IMG/VR virus record: IMGVR_UViG_3300020044_007468
Span: 1 to 44,704 of that record
Length of the DNA: 44,704 bases
Source: a virus
Lineage: Duplodnaviria > Caudoviricetes
Direction: 5' to 3' (one strand)
The notes beneath the pieces were generated by a model. It saw only the letters and a list, made by a program, of their open reading frames with translations, was not told where the DNA came from and made no database searches. The translations under genes and the position numbers were made by a program. This document shows, piece after piece, positions 24,322 through 34,818 of this stretch; position 1 is the stretch's first letter, and each line of letters opens with the position of its first letter.

Positions 24322-26547
24322 ATGTTATACAAGGTTATTGACAATATAATACCAAAACAAGTACTAACCACAAAGAATAGAAATCAATCGTGGGATTATG
24401 GCTATAATGAAGAATACAACATTGTAATCATATCGCAAGATGGTACATTGGGCGAAATTTACCAAATAAATGGGTTGTTGATAGGATTACCTTTAGTACC
24501 AAATAAACTTGCTACAAAGCACAATAAATGGGTTGCATTTATATACCCAAGCGAACTTAAATCTATTAAGTCAATGGCTGAATGGAATAAACGAGATAAT
24601 GCATTTAAAAATCTATGGATTGACTATATTGAGGACGAGTTCATAAGACGTGAAAACGGTTATTGGTTTATGAATAATAATGTACCAACATACATTACGG
24701 GTTCTCATTATATGTTTTTGCAATGGTCAAAAATAGATGTGGGATTGCCTAATTTTTGGGAAGCACATAGGGTTTTATATATTTTTTGGGAAGCGTGTAA
24801 GGCAGATTATCGTTGTTTTGGGTTAATTTACTTAAAAACAAGACGTACAGGGTTTTCATTTATTGAATCTTCGGAGTGCGTTAATATTGGTACAATAAAT
24901 AGCCAATCTAAAATAGGTATATTATCCAAAACGGGGGGTGATGCTAAAGAAATGTTTACTGAAAAGGTAGTACCTATATATACAAATTATCCATTCTTTT
25001 TTAAACCTATACAAGATGGTATGGATAAACCTAAAACGGAATTATCTTTTAAAGTTCCTGCATCTAAAATTACTAAGTCTTCTATAAATAAAACAGATGT
25101 TGTACATGAAGAAGAAGGACTAAATACTGTAATTGATTGGAGTAATACTGACGATAACGCTTATGATGGTCAAAAGTTGCTATTTTTAGCGCATGATGAA
25201 AGTGGAAAATGGCTCAGACCTCAAAATATAAAAAATAATTGGAATGTAACTAGAACTTGCTTGCGTTTAGGGCAAAGAATTATAGGGAAATGCATGATGG
25301 GTTCTACTGCAAATGCTTTAGATAAAGGGGGACAGAATTACAAGGATTTATTCAATGCTTCTGACCCAATGAAAAGAACTGCTAATGATAGAACAGAAAG
25401 TGGGTTATATTCGTTGTATATACCTATGGAATGGTATTATGAAGGATTTATTGATGAGTACGGTATGCCGATATTTGAGGCTTCTAAAAAAAATCCTGTT
25501 TATAATAGTGAAGGAGAAAAAGTATCAATTGGCGTAGTTGAATATTGGGCGAATGAAGCAAAGGCATTGAAAAGTGATTCATCTGCATTGAACGAATTTT
25601 ATAGACAAAATTCTCGTACAATTTCTCACGCATTTAGAGATGAAAGTAAAAGTTCTTTATATAATCTAACGAAAATCTACCAACAGATAGATTACAATGA
25701 AGGATTAATGGAGAATAGGTATATAACTACGGGTTATTTTAGTTGGCTTGATGGAGTAAAAGATACTAAAGTAGTATGGACACCAGACCCAAAAGGTCGT
25801 TTCAAAGTTAGTTGGATTCCACCTAAAGAATTACAAAATAATGTTACTAAAAATAATGGGAGGTTCTACCCAAACAATGAACATCTAGGTGCATTTGGTT
25901 GTGATTCATATGATATTTCTGGTGTTGTTGGCGGTGGTGGCTCTAAAGGGGCTTTGCATGGGAAAACCAAATACAACTTAGATGGTGCGCCAATAAATGA
26001 ATTTTTCTTAGAATACGTATCAAGACCGCCGACAGCAGAAATATTTTTTGAAGATGTTTTAATGGCTTGTGTATTTTATGGTATGCCAATGCTAGCTGAA
26101 AATAATAAGGCAAGATTATTATACCACTTTAAAAATAGAGGATATAGAGCATTTTCAATGAACAGACCCGATAAGCCTACAAATAAATTGTCTGTAACCG
26201 AATTAGAATTAGGTGGCGTACCTAGTGCTAGTGAAGATATGAAACAAGCACACGCAGATGCTATTGGAACTTATATTGAAAAAAATGTAGGTTATGATTT
26301 AGAAGGAACTTATAGAAGTTCTGATGAAATTGGGAATATGTATTTTAATACAACATTGCATGATTGGGCTAGATTTGACATAAATAATAGGACTTCACAT
26401 GATGCTTCTATTAGTTCTGGCTATGCAATTATGGCAACTCAAAAGCATTTATACCTTCCAATTGTGAAAACACAGAAAATTAGTATTAATTTTGCACAAT
26501 ACGATAATAAAGGAACTATCAGCAAAATTAAAAATCATAATGAATAA
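24322..26547 (+). CDS. terL: terminase large subunit
   Basis: Walker A LKTRRTGFS, Walker B LAHDESGK, MGST coupling motif, nuclease FGCDSYD and HDASISS. Confidence 0.92.
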   Translation: MLYKVIDNIIPKQVLTTKNRNQSWDYGYNEEYNIVIISQDGTLGEIYQINGLLIGLPLVPNKLATKHNKWVAFIYPSELKSIKSMAEWNKRDNAFKNLWIDYIEDEFIRRENGYWFMNNNVPTYITGSHYMFLQWSKIDVGLPNFWEAHRVLYIFWEACKADYRCFGLIYLKTRRTGFSFIESSECVNIGTINSQSKIGILSKTGGDAKEMFTEKVVPIYTNYPFFFKPIQDGMDKPKTELSFKVPASKITKSSINKTDVVHEEEGLNTVIDWSNTDDNAYDGQKLLFLAHDESGKWLRPQNIKNNWNVTRTCLRLGQRIIGKCMMGSTANALDKGGQNYKDLFNASDPMKRTANDRTESGLYSLYIPMEWYYEGFIDEYGMPIFEASKKNPVYNSEGEKVSIGVVEYWANEAKALKSDSSALNEFYRQNSRTISHAFRDESKSSLYNLTKIYQQIDYNEGLMENRYITTGYFSWLDGVKDTKVVWTPDPKGRFKVSWIPPKELQNNVTKNNGRFYPNNEHLGAFGCDSYDISGVVGGGGSKGALHGKTKYNLDGAPINEFFLEYVSRPPTAEIFFEDVLMACVFYGMPMLAENNKARLLYHFKNRGYRAFSMNRPDKPTNKLSVTELELGGVPSASEDMKQAHADAIGTYIEKNVGYDLEGTYRSSDEIGNMYFNTTLHDWARFDINNRTSHDASISSGYAIMATQKHLYLPIVKTQKISINFAQYDNKGTISKIKNHNE

Positions 26548-28975
26548 TAGCAACACATCTCCGATTGCAATATCCCAATGCTCATTCCCAAGCATAATAG
26601 TTCCTGATAGTGTAAAAGAAACCGAAGAGTACGGGTTACAAGTAGGAAAAAGTATTCAATATGAGTGGTTTTTCAGAGATGGCACTACTTGTAGATTCTA
26701 TAATCAATGGGTTGAATTTCATGAACTTAGATTATATGCTAGAGGCGAACAATCTAATGCTAAGTATAAAACATTAATGGCTACAAATGGGGATTTATCT
26801 CATCTAAATTTAGATTGGGCTAATGTTCAAATTATGCCTAAGTTTATTGATATAGTTGTTAATGGCAATCAAGATAGATTATATGAAGTGAAATGTGAGG
26901 CACTTGACATCATGTCAATGGAGAAAAAGAATAAGTATCAAGAGATGGTGGAACTTAATATGTATGGGAAACCTGCATTATCCGCTATCAAAGATAATTT
27001 TGGTGTTAATGGGTTTGATATGCCTGAAAATGAAATTCCACAAAATGCAAATGAATTAAAGTTGCATATGCAAATGAAATACAAGCCAAGTATTGAAATT
27101 GCAGAAGAAGTTGGGATTACTACCATTATGTTGCAAAATAATTATGACCAAATAATTAGAAAGCAAGTTTTATATGATATAACTACAATAGGTATTGGTG
27201 CTTGTAAACACGAGTTTAATATTAATAGTGGCGTAGAATTAAGTTATGTAGACCCTGCAAATCTTGTTTATTCATATACTGAATCCCCTATATTTAAAGA
27301 TGTATTTTATTATGGTGAAGTGAAGCCAAATGTTCCATTGACAGAGATACTTAAAATAAAACCAGATATTACTGATGAAGAAGTGGAACGAATATCAAGT
27401 GTAGGTTCATCATGGTATCAATATTATGGCGTTATGCAACCTTATTGGAATAGCCTATTTAATAGAGATACTTGTACATTAATGTATTTCAATTACAAGA
27501 CAAGTAAAAAAGAAGTTTACAAAAAGAAGAAGCTAGATAATGGGATGGAAAAAGTTATTCCTAAAAGTGGTGAATTTAATCCTGAACCTAACGAGCATTT
27601 CGAGAAATTAGAGCGTAGAATTGATGTATGGTATGAAGGGGTTATGGTATTAGGTACTGAAATAATTTTGAAGTGGGAACTATCTAAAAATATGGTTCGT
27701 CCTAAGTCGGCTACACAAAATGCAATGCCTAATTATATAGTATCTGCACCTCAAATGTACAAAGGACAAATATCATCATTGGGGAAACGAATGAAGCCCT
27801 TTGCTGATTTAATTCAAATGACGCATTTAAAATTACAGCAAGTACTATCTAGGATTGTTCCTGATGGTGTTTATATTGACGTAAATGGAATAAGTGGCGT
27901 AGATTTAGGTACGGGTGGTACATATAATCCACAAGATGCATTAGACCTTTTTTTTGCAACTGGTAGCGTAATTGGGAGTTCATCTACTATGGAAGGTGAT
28001 TTTAACCATTCTAAAATGCCTATACAAGAATTAGGAACTAATAGCGGCATTGGTAAAATTAATAGCCTTATTACAGCATATAATCATTATTTGAATATGA
28101 TTAGAGATGTTACGGGATTAAATGAAGCTAGGGATGCATCTACACCTGATAAAGGTTCATTGGTTGGATTACAGAAGTTGGCAGCAGCTAATTCTAACAC
28201 AGCAACAAGGCATATCTTACAAAGTAGTTTATTTATTACAAAACAATTAGCTGAATGTATATCATGTAGAATTGCAGACATACTAGAATACGCTCCATTT
28301 AAAGATGAATTTGCTATGCAGATTGGGAAGTATAATGTGGCTACATTAGATGAAATAAAAGAATTGTATTTATATAACTTTGGTATATTTATTAATGTTG
28401 AACCTGATGAAGAAGAAAAAGCTAAGTTGGAAGAAAATATATCTATTGCATTACGAGCAGGAACAATTAAGCTAGAAGATGTAATTGATATTAGAGAAAC
28501 GGGTAATATAAAGACTGCAAATGAAATTTTGAAACTAAAAACAGTTGAGAGAGAAAAGGAAATGCAGTTACAAAAGCAGAATGAAATTAATATGCAAACG
28601 CAAGGTAATATCCAATCGGCACAAGCATCATCTCAATCTCAAATGCAAGTTCTACAAGCGGAAGGGCAAATGAAGTTGCAATTAGTGCAACAAGAAGCAC
28701 AGAATATTAAAATGAAATTAGAGTTAGATGGACAAATACAATCTAAGCTAATGGAACAAAAGTTTCAGTATGATATGCAATTAGCAGGGATGAGTAATCA
28801 ATTAGTAAATAGTAGAGATAAGCAAAAAGAAGAGGCAAAAGATAATCGGACTAAACTACAAGCTACACAACAATCACAACTAATTGAGCAAAGAAAGAAG
28901 GATACACCACCCGTTGACTTTGAAAATGGCGCACCAATTGACCAATTTAGTTTGGAAAATATAAATAAATTATAA
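26540..28975 (+). CDS. portal protein (crAss-like)
   Basis: ~811 aa following TerL; IRDVTGLNEARDAS; Q-rich C-terminal coiled coil (barrel). Confidence 0.88.
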   Translation: MNNSNTSPIAISQCSFPSIIVPDSVKETEEYGLQVGKSIQYEWFFRDGTTCRFYNQWVEFHELRLYARGEQSNAKYKTLMATNGDLSHLNLDWANVQIMPKFIDIVVNGNQDRLYEVKCEALDIMSMEKKNKYQEMVELNMYGKPALSAIKDNFGVNGFDMPENEIPQNANELKLHMQMKYKPSIEIAEEVGITTIMLQNNYDQIIRKQVLYDITTIGIGACKHEFNINSGVELSYVDPANLVYSYTESPIFKDVFYYGEVKPNVPLTEILKIKPDITDEEVERISSVGSSWYQYYGVMQPYWNSLFNRDTCTLMYFNYKTSKKEVYKKKKLDNGMEKVIPKSGEFNPEPNEHFEKLERRIDVWYEGVMVLGTEIILKWELSKNMVRPKSATQNAMPNYIVSAPQMYKGQISSLGKRMKPFADLIQMTHLKLQQVLSRIVPDGVYIDVNGISGVDLGTGGTYNPQDALDLFFATGSVIGSSSTMEGDFNHSKMPIQELGTNSGIGKINSLITAYNHYLNMIRDVTGLNEARDASTPDKGSLVGLQKLAAANSNTATRHILQSSLFITKQLAECISCRIADILEYAPFKDEFAMQIGKYNVATLDEIKELYLYNFGIFINVEPDEEEKAKLEENISIALRAGTIKLEDVIDIRETGNIKTANEILKLKTVEREKEMQLQKQNEINMQTQGNIQSAQASSQSQMQVLQAEGQMKLQLVQQEAQNIKMKLELDGQIQSKLMEQKFQYDMQLAGMSNQLVNSRDKQKEEAKDNRTKLQATQQSQLIEQRKKDTPPVDFENGAPIDQFSLENINKL

Positions 28976-28995
28976 AATATAAGTTCAAACACATA

Positions 28996-29003
28996 TATAT
29001 TTG
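28996..29003 (+). promoter_or_regulatory. -7 promoter box for scaffold/capsid operon
   Basis: TATATTTGCA then A-rich leader. Confidence 0.6.
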
Positions 29004-29032
29004 CAGTATAAATAAAATTAAAATTTAATCAA

Positions 29033-30109
29033 ATGGAAAATTACGTAGTTAAAGAAGTCGAGTTTGAAGAAAAATCAGTTCAAGAAGTGGAAGAAGCATT
29101 ATTGCAAAAACATGAGCAAGAACAGAAAGCAATATTAGATGTTTCAACACCTATTGTTGAACCGACTAATGAATCTGAACTTGATGAAACTAAAGTATTA
29201 TCATTTCTTAAAACGAAATATAATAAAGAAGTAAATTCGATTGACGACTTATTAGTTCAAAAAGAAGCTACTTTAGAATTGCCTACTGATGTTGAGGCTT
29301 TTTACAAGTATAAAAAAGAAACGGGAAGAGGCATAGAAGATTTTATTAAACTTACTAGGGATTACGAAAAACTAGATAAGAAAGATTTAATAGCTGAATA
29401 TCTAGCAATACAAAATCCTGAATTAGATAGAAGTGATATTGAATTTGACATTGATAAAAAGTATTCATTCGATGAAGAATATGATGATGATAAAGAAATA
29501 AAATCAAAAAAGATAGCACTTAAAAAAGACTTTTCGGAGGCGATTAAGTACTTTGAACAACAAAAAGAACAATACAAAGTTCCTGTAGTGTCTACGGAAT
29601 TTGGTTCTGCTGATGACAAAGTGGCTTATGAAAACTTCAAAAAACAGGCAGACGAAGCCAAAACATTAAATGAAAAGAATAAAGCAAAATCTGATTATTT
29701 TGTAAATCAAACAAACGAACTATTTAATGACAAATTCAAAGGTTTTGAATTTAATATAGATGGGAAAAGTTTTTTGTTCAATCCAGAAGCAACCGATAAA
29801 ATTAAGGAAAATCAAATGAATGTCAACAACTTCATTTCGTCACATCTTAACGATGAGGGTTTACTTAAAGATGCTAGTTCTTATCATAAATCACTAATGA
29901 CAGCAAGGCATGCTGATTCACTAGCAAAATATTTCTATGAACAAGGCAAGGCTGATGCAATAACATCGTCTGCTAGAAATGATAAAAATATAGACATGGG
30001 AGGTGTAAGAAAATCACCCGAATTTGTCGAGAAAGGTGGAATAAAAGTAAGTATTGTCGAAGATGGTGATTCTAATGTTGGAAAGTTTCGTGCGCCGAAA
30101 TATTCATAA
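29033..30109 (+). CDS. putative capsid scaffolding protein
   Basis: Acidic, helical, between portal and MCP. Confidence 0.65.
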   Translation: MENYVVKEVEFEEKSVQEVEEALLQKHEQEQKAILDVSTPIVEPTNESELDETKVLSFLKTKYNKEVNSIDDLLVQKEATLELPTDVEAFYKYKKETGRGIEDFIKLTRDYEKLDKKDLIAEYLAIQNPELDRSDIEFDIDKKYSFDEEYDDDKEIKSKKIALKKDFSEAIKYFEQQKEQYKVPVVSTEFGSADDKVAYENFKKQADEAKTLNEKNKAKSDYFVNQTNELFNDKFKGFEFNIDGKSFLFNPEATDKIKENQMNVNNFISSHLNDEGLLKDASSYHKSLMTARHADSLAKYFYEQGKADAITSSARNDKNIDMGGVRKSPEFVEKGGIKVSIVEDGDSNVGKFRAPKYS

Positions 30110-30138
30110 CATAAATTAACATTTAAAACAAATTAAAA

Positions 30139-31566
30139 ATGGCAGGTTCAATTCAAAGTAATCCTACATGGGGACTAACCCCGACAGCGCAAAAAATCGC
30201 ATTACCTACAAACTATATTAGTTCAACTCAATTTAACTATTTGAATCAGTTTTTACCTGATACTTATGAAAAAGAATTTGAGCGTTACGGTAATCGTTCA
30301 GTAGCATCATTAATACGCTTATTTGGTGCGGAAATACCATCTAATTCAGATATGATTAAATGGGCTGAACAAGGTCGTTTACATATCAAATATGTAAATT
30401 GCACGTCAGCAGGTAATGTTGGTAATACAACTGTATTTACAAATCCAGGTGGTACAATGGCATTTAGAGTATCTCAACAAGTATTCTTATCTGGTTCTAA
30501 TGGAGCATCTGGTGTAGGTCTTATTACCGCAGTGGGTACTTCAACATTCACTGTTGCGTTATATGGTTCGGCAGCAGCTACAGATGTGTTCCCTTCTACT
30601 TCAACTGTAACAGCATTTGTTTATGGTTCAGAATTTCAAAAAGGGAAATCAGGTATGGATGGTTCGTTGGAAGCGCAAGATACATTCTATGACAACAAGC
30701 CAATTATCCTTAAAGACAACTACACAGTTTCAGGCTCTGATATGTCACAAATCGGATGGGTAAATATTCAGACAGAAGATGGCGCAGGTGGTTACTTATG
30801 GTATGTTAAATCTCAACACGAAACACGTTTGAGATTTGATGACTACTTAGAAATGTCAATGATTGAAGGTCAGCCAGCAATCGCAGGTTCTCAAGCATTG
30901 GCATTATTATCCCCAACTACAGCTTCTACTTTCGCAGGTGCTACAGGTGCATCTACACAAGCAGGTACTAAAGGTTTATTCTATGAAGTATCAAATCGTG
31001 GTAATGTATGGTCTGGTGGTAATCCAACTGCATTGACTGATTGGGATACGATTTTCCAACGTCTTGACAAGCAAGGGGCTATCCAAGAGAATACAATGAT
31101 GCTTAATCGTCAATTCTCATTTGATACATCAGATATGCTTGCGGCTCAAAACTCATACGGTGCTAACGGGACAAGCTATGGTTTATTCAACAACGATAAA
31201 ACAATGGCGTTGAACTTAGGCTTCCAACAATTCACAAGAGGCTATGATGTTTATTATTCAGATTGGAAATATTTGAATGATGCAACTACTCGTGGTGATA
31301 TTGTTGCAGGTGGTGTAAATGGTATTTTAATACCAGCAGGTTCAACAAATGTTTACGACCAAGTAATCGGTAAAAACATGAAGCGTCCATTCTTACACGT
31401 TCGCTATCGTGCTTCTGAATCAGAAGATAGACGTTACAAAACATGGGTAACAGGTGGTGCAGGTGGTGCAGCAACAAGTGATTTAGATGCTATGACAGTA
31501 AACTATTTGTCAGAGCGTTGTATGTGTACACTAGGTGCTAACAACTTCTTCATATTTAAAAACTAA
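30139..31566 (+). CDS. major capsid protein
   Basis: 475 aa in canonical position; KWAEQGRLH, GTKGLF; biased codon use typical of highly expressed genes. Confidence 0.85.
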   Translation: MAGSIQSNPTWGLTPTAQKIALPTNYISSTQFNYLNQFLPDTYEKEFERYGNRSVASLIRLFGAEIPSNSDMIKWAEQGRLHIKYVNCTSAGNVGNTTVFTNPGGTMAFRVSQQVFLSGSNGASGVGLITAVGTSTFTVALYGSAAATDVFPSTSTVTAFVYGSEFQKGKSGMDGSLEAQDTFYDNKPIILKDNYTVSGSDMSQIGWVNIQTEDGAGGYLWYVKSQHETRLRFDDYLEMSMIEGQPAIAGSQALALLSPTTASTFAGATGASTQAGTKGLFYEVSNRGNVWSGGNPTALTDWDTIFQRLDKQGAIQENTMMLNRQFSFDTSDMLAAQNSYGANGTSYGLFNNDKTMALNLGFQQFTRGYDVYYSDWKYLNDATTRGDIVAGGVNGILIPAGSTNVYDQVIGKNMKRPFLHVRYRASESEDRRYKTWVTGGAGGAATSDLDAMTVNYLSERCMCTLGANNFFIFKN

Positions 31567-31599
31567 TCAATTAATTAATTCACAAAACAATTTAATCAA

Positions 31600-32349
31600 A
31601 TGCAATTTCATACAGAATTAAAAGAAAGAACATACTTATTAAAAGGGGATTCAACTCCCCTATCATTTATCATAGCATCAAGACATACAAAAAACTCCCC
31701 TTTCCTTTTCTTTGATGAAGAGAAAAAGATAAACAGAGAAGTTCGATATGCACGAAATCAAAAAAGTCCTTTTGTTGATGAACAAGATGACAAAGCGATT
31801 TTAGAGCCTATTGAATTTATTGATGGTAGATTAGTAGTTCCTAAAGACAACCCAATGCTTCAAAATATACTTTCATTCTTACACCCTTCACGTGGTATCA
31901 AATATTATGAATTTGACCCTGCTAAAAAGGCGGAAGAAGAAATGGAAGTTTTAAATGCAGAGGTTGATGCTTTAGTAAAAGCAAAATCTTTGGACTTAGA
32001 TACAAAAGAATCCATATTAAGAATCATGACAGAATCCAAAGTAGATTCGATGACAACCCAAGAAATTAATAGAGATATTCTAGTGTATGCTAAAAAGAAT
32101 CCAAAAGAATTTTTGCGAACAATTGATGACCCTAATTTGAAATTGAATAATACTATATCAAAGGCTTTCCAAAGCAATATTGTAGTGTTAAAAAATAACA
32201 ATAAGGATATTCATTTTAATCTACCTACCAATAAAAAGAAAATGATTACTATACCATTTGGCGAGGAAGCTCACCAAGCATTAGTATCATACTGTTTAAC
32301 AGAAGAAGGTGTTGAAGTATTAAAGATGTTAGAGAAACAAGTGAGCTAA
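31600..32349 (+). CDS. conserved protein downstream of MCP
   Basis: REVRYARNQKSPFVDEQ...FIDGRLVVP; position as in crAss-like capsid blocks. Confidence 0.65.
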   Translation: MQFHTELKERTYLLKGDSTPLSFIIASRHTKNSPFLFFDEEKKINREVRYARNQKSPFVDEQDDKAILEPIEFIDGRLVVPKDNPMLQNILSFLHPSRGIKYYEFDPAKKAEEEMEVLNAEVDALVKAKSLDLDTKESILRIMTESKVDSMTTQEINRDILVYAKKNPKEFLRTIDDPNLKLNNTISKAFQSNIVVLKNNNKDIHFNLPTNKKKMITIPFGEEAHQALVSYCLTEEGVEVLKMLEKQVS

Positions 32350-32388
32350 AACAAATTTCAAAACAATTAAAACAAAAATTTAAACAAA

Positions 32389-32955
32389 ATGGGAAAATTC
32401 ATATCAATTCCGTTTACTGGCGCAACAAGATGCTCTCAAACAGCAACGTGTACAGTAACATCAGGAGTTATTTCAGCACCAACATTAGCAAGTGGTGGAA
32501 CATTTTATCAAGTAGCACCGTATGTTACTGTATCAAGTACTGACGGATTAGGTTCTGGTGCAATTATCGCAGCACTAGTTACAGTTACAACTGGTGCAAT
32601 TACATTATCTGTTGTAAATGGTGGTACGGGTTACACATCTGCTAGTACAGTGGTAATAACGGTTACAGACGCTCCTTGTAATATTAATGCTGACGCTGTA
32701 TTAAGTTCTAATCCATATCAAGCCGCCGCCGCAGCCGCAGTTTCTGCTAACAACTCGGCTACGATGGTATTGAAACTCAATACTTCTGCCACTCCAACAT
32801 TAACATTAGTATTGGCAGCAAACGACCCTGGACCTGTTAAAACTGCTATAAGTAGTGCGATAATGTCGGCAACGCAAGTTAAAAATGTCGACCAAGTTAC
32901 ACCTGTAATATTACCAGCAGGGGCTACTGGAATTTTATCAGCAACATACTCTTAA
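32389..32955 (+). CDS. putative capsid decoration/structural protein
   Basis: A/T/V/G-rich; contains a GGTGYT domain. Confidence 0.6.
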   Translation: MGKFISIPFTGATRCSQTATCTVTSGVISAPTLASGGTFYQVAPYVTVSSTDGLGSGAIIAALVTVTTGAITLSVVNGGTGYTSASTVVITVTDAPCNINADAVLSSNPYQAAAAAAVSANNSATMVLKLNTSATPTLTLVLAANDPGPVKTAISSAIMSATQVKNVDQVTPVILPAGATGILSATYS

Positions 32956-32980
32956 TAGTAATTTTAATTTAAAAATAAAG

Positions 32981-33008
32981 AAGTCTACCTATTTGGTAGA
33001 CTTTTTTT
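32981..33008 (+). terminator. Rho-independent terminator ending the capsid operon
   Basis: AAGTCTACC-tattt-GGTAGACTT plus T-run. Confidence 0.85.
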
Positions 33009-33021
33009 ATATCTTTGTATT

Positions 33022-33945
33022 ATGATAGACCAAGTACGTTCAACGGTGTTGTATATGCTAAATAAAGACAACAATGGTTATATTACACCAGACGAGTTCA
33101 ATAAGTATGCTTATCAAGCACAAATGGAAGTATTTACAGCTTATTTTGATAAGTATAACTTCTATACTAGTCGTGCAAAAATGGGGCGTGTAAACGAAGG
33201 ATATGCTGATTTAGCAAAAGAAATTTACCAAAATATATCATTGTTTAATACCCATGTATCGCTAACTAAAACTGCTATGCCTGCGGTATTTTCAGCAACG
33301 GTAGTGAGTGGTGCAATAACAGCAATTACGATTAAAGATGGTGGGGTTGGTTATCCCCCAAATTCAACAGGATTTTTGACAATAGCAGGTACAGGTTCAT
33401 TAGGAACTGCTACATATTTAGTAGATGCCATTGGGAGTGTATCAACGGTTACAATAGTAACAGCAGGAAGTGGACAAGCAATAGTAACGGTTACAATGCC
33501 TTCATCATTGACAAGTACTGTATATAATTTACCTACTAATGCATATATGTTTAATAGTTATTTCTATAATGGAAAAGAAATAGTAGCAATGGATAGTCCT
33601 AAACTAAAACTATTAAACAATTCTAATTTAACATCACCTACTACGAATTTTCCTTATTACACAATGGTAGGTAATTCTATTGAAGTTTACCCAACAACGA
33701 TTACAGGTACAATAGATTGTTATTATGCAAGATACCCAAAAACTCCGATGTGGACTTATAGTGCATTTACCAATGGTGAACCAATATTTAATTCGTCAGA
33801 CCCAAATTATCAAGACTTTGAAGTAGCATATTCTGAATTTGAAACATTGGTAGTTAAGATATTGCAATATGCAGGAGTACAAATTAGAGAAGCTGATGTA
33901 GTAGCATATACTGCAAGTATTAACGAACCAACACCGCAAACGTAA
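33022..33945 (+). CDS. tail ring/adaptor (tubular) protein with inserted domain
   Basis: NKDNNGYITPDEFN...AQ; YYARYPKTPMW; ILQYAGVQIRE. Confidence 0.65.
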   Translation: MIDQVRSTVLYMLNKDNNGYITPDEFNKYAYQAQMEVFTAYFDKYNFYTSRAKMGRVNEGYADLAKEIYQNISLFNTHVSLTKTAMPAVFSATVVSGAITAITIKDGGVGYPPNSTGFLTIAGTGSLGTATYLVDAIGSVSTVTIVTAGSGQAIVTVTMPSSLTSTVYNLPTNAYMFNSYFYNGKEIVAMDSPKLKLLNNSNLTSPTTNFPYYTMVGNSIEVYPTTITGTIDCYYARYPKTPMWTYSAFTNGEPIFNSSDPNYQDFEVAYSEFETLVVKILQYAGVQIREADVVAYTASINEPTPQT

Positions 33946-34817
33946 TGGCATTAACAGACCAACAATATTATAGCAGTAGTTCTAATTATGGAACGTATCA
34001 ATATTTATCGTTATACGATATAGTAAATAATTTTATATTGATGTACACAGGTGACGATAATCTCGTTACCCATACTACAAATCGTTCAGTAATTGTATTC
34101 CATGCTAAACGAGGTATTCAAGAATTTAATTATGACGCTGCGAATGAAGCAAAAACAGTAGAATTACAAGTAACGGATAATCTTAGAGCGATTCTGCCTT
34201 CTGATTACATAAATTATGTTAAGTTGTACTTGAATATCAATGGCGTATTATTTGAATTATTTGAAAGTACAAAACCATTAACTACTACTACTTATGCACA
34301 AGATAGCGGTGGTGATATTATATTCGATAATAATGGCGAAGCAATAACGGTATCTTCATTGATAGGTACAGCAACATTAAGTACTTATGAATATTTATTT
34401 TCACCTTATGGATATTTTGGGTGGTGTATAGGTGATAGTTGGTATTATCCATTCAATTATTTCGGTATGGATACGTCTAAGGCTAATGTAAATCCTACAT
34501 TCACCATAGATAAAAAGAATGGCATTATCAATTTTAGTTCTAACATGAGTGGTGGTACATTAGAACTAGAATATATTTCTGATGGGTTGAGTAATAATGA
34601 AGATGAGATTATGATAAATAAGTTAGCCGAAACTTTCATCTATGCTTACATTAAAAGTGAGATTTTAAGCAATAAAGCATCTACACCCGAATACATTGTC
34701 ACAAGGGCAAAACGAGAAAAATTCGCATCGTATAATAATGCAAAATTAAGAATGAGTGGGATGCATCCAAGTAGGTTATTAATGATTTTGCGTGGACAAT
34801 CTAAATGGATAAAGTAA
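33945..34817 (+). CDS. tail ring protein
   Basis: FHAKRGIQEFNYD...LPSDYINYVK...LEYISDG...NAKLR. Confidence 0.65.
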   Translation: MALTDQQYYSSSSNYGTYQYLSLYDIVNNFILMYTGDDNLVTHTTNRSVIVFHAKRGIQEFNYDAANEAKTVELQVTDNLRAILPSDYINYVKLYLNINGVLFELFESTKPLTTTTYAQDSGGDIIFDNNGEAITVSSLIGTATLSTYEYLFSPYGYFGWCIGDSWYYPFNYFGMDTSKANVNPTFTIDKKNGIINFSSNMSGGTLELEYISDGLSNNEDEIMINKLAETFIYAYIKSEILSNKASTPEYIVTRAKREKFASYNNAKLRMSGMHPSRLLMILRGQSKWIK

Positions 34818-34818
34818 G

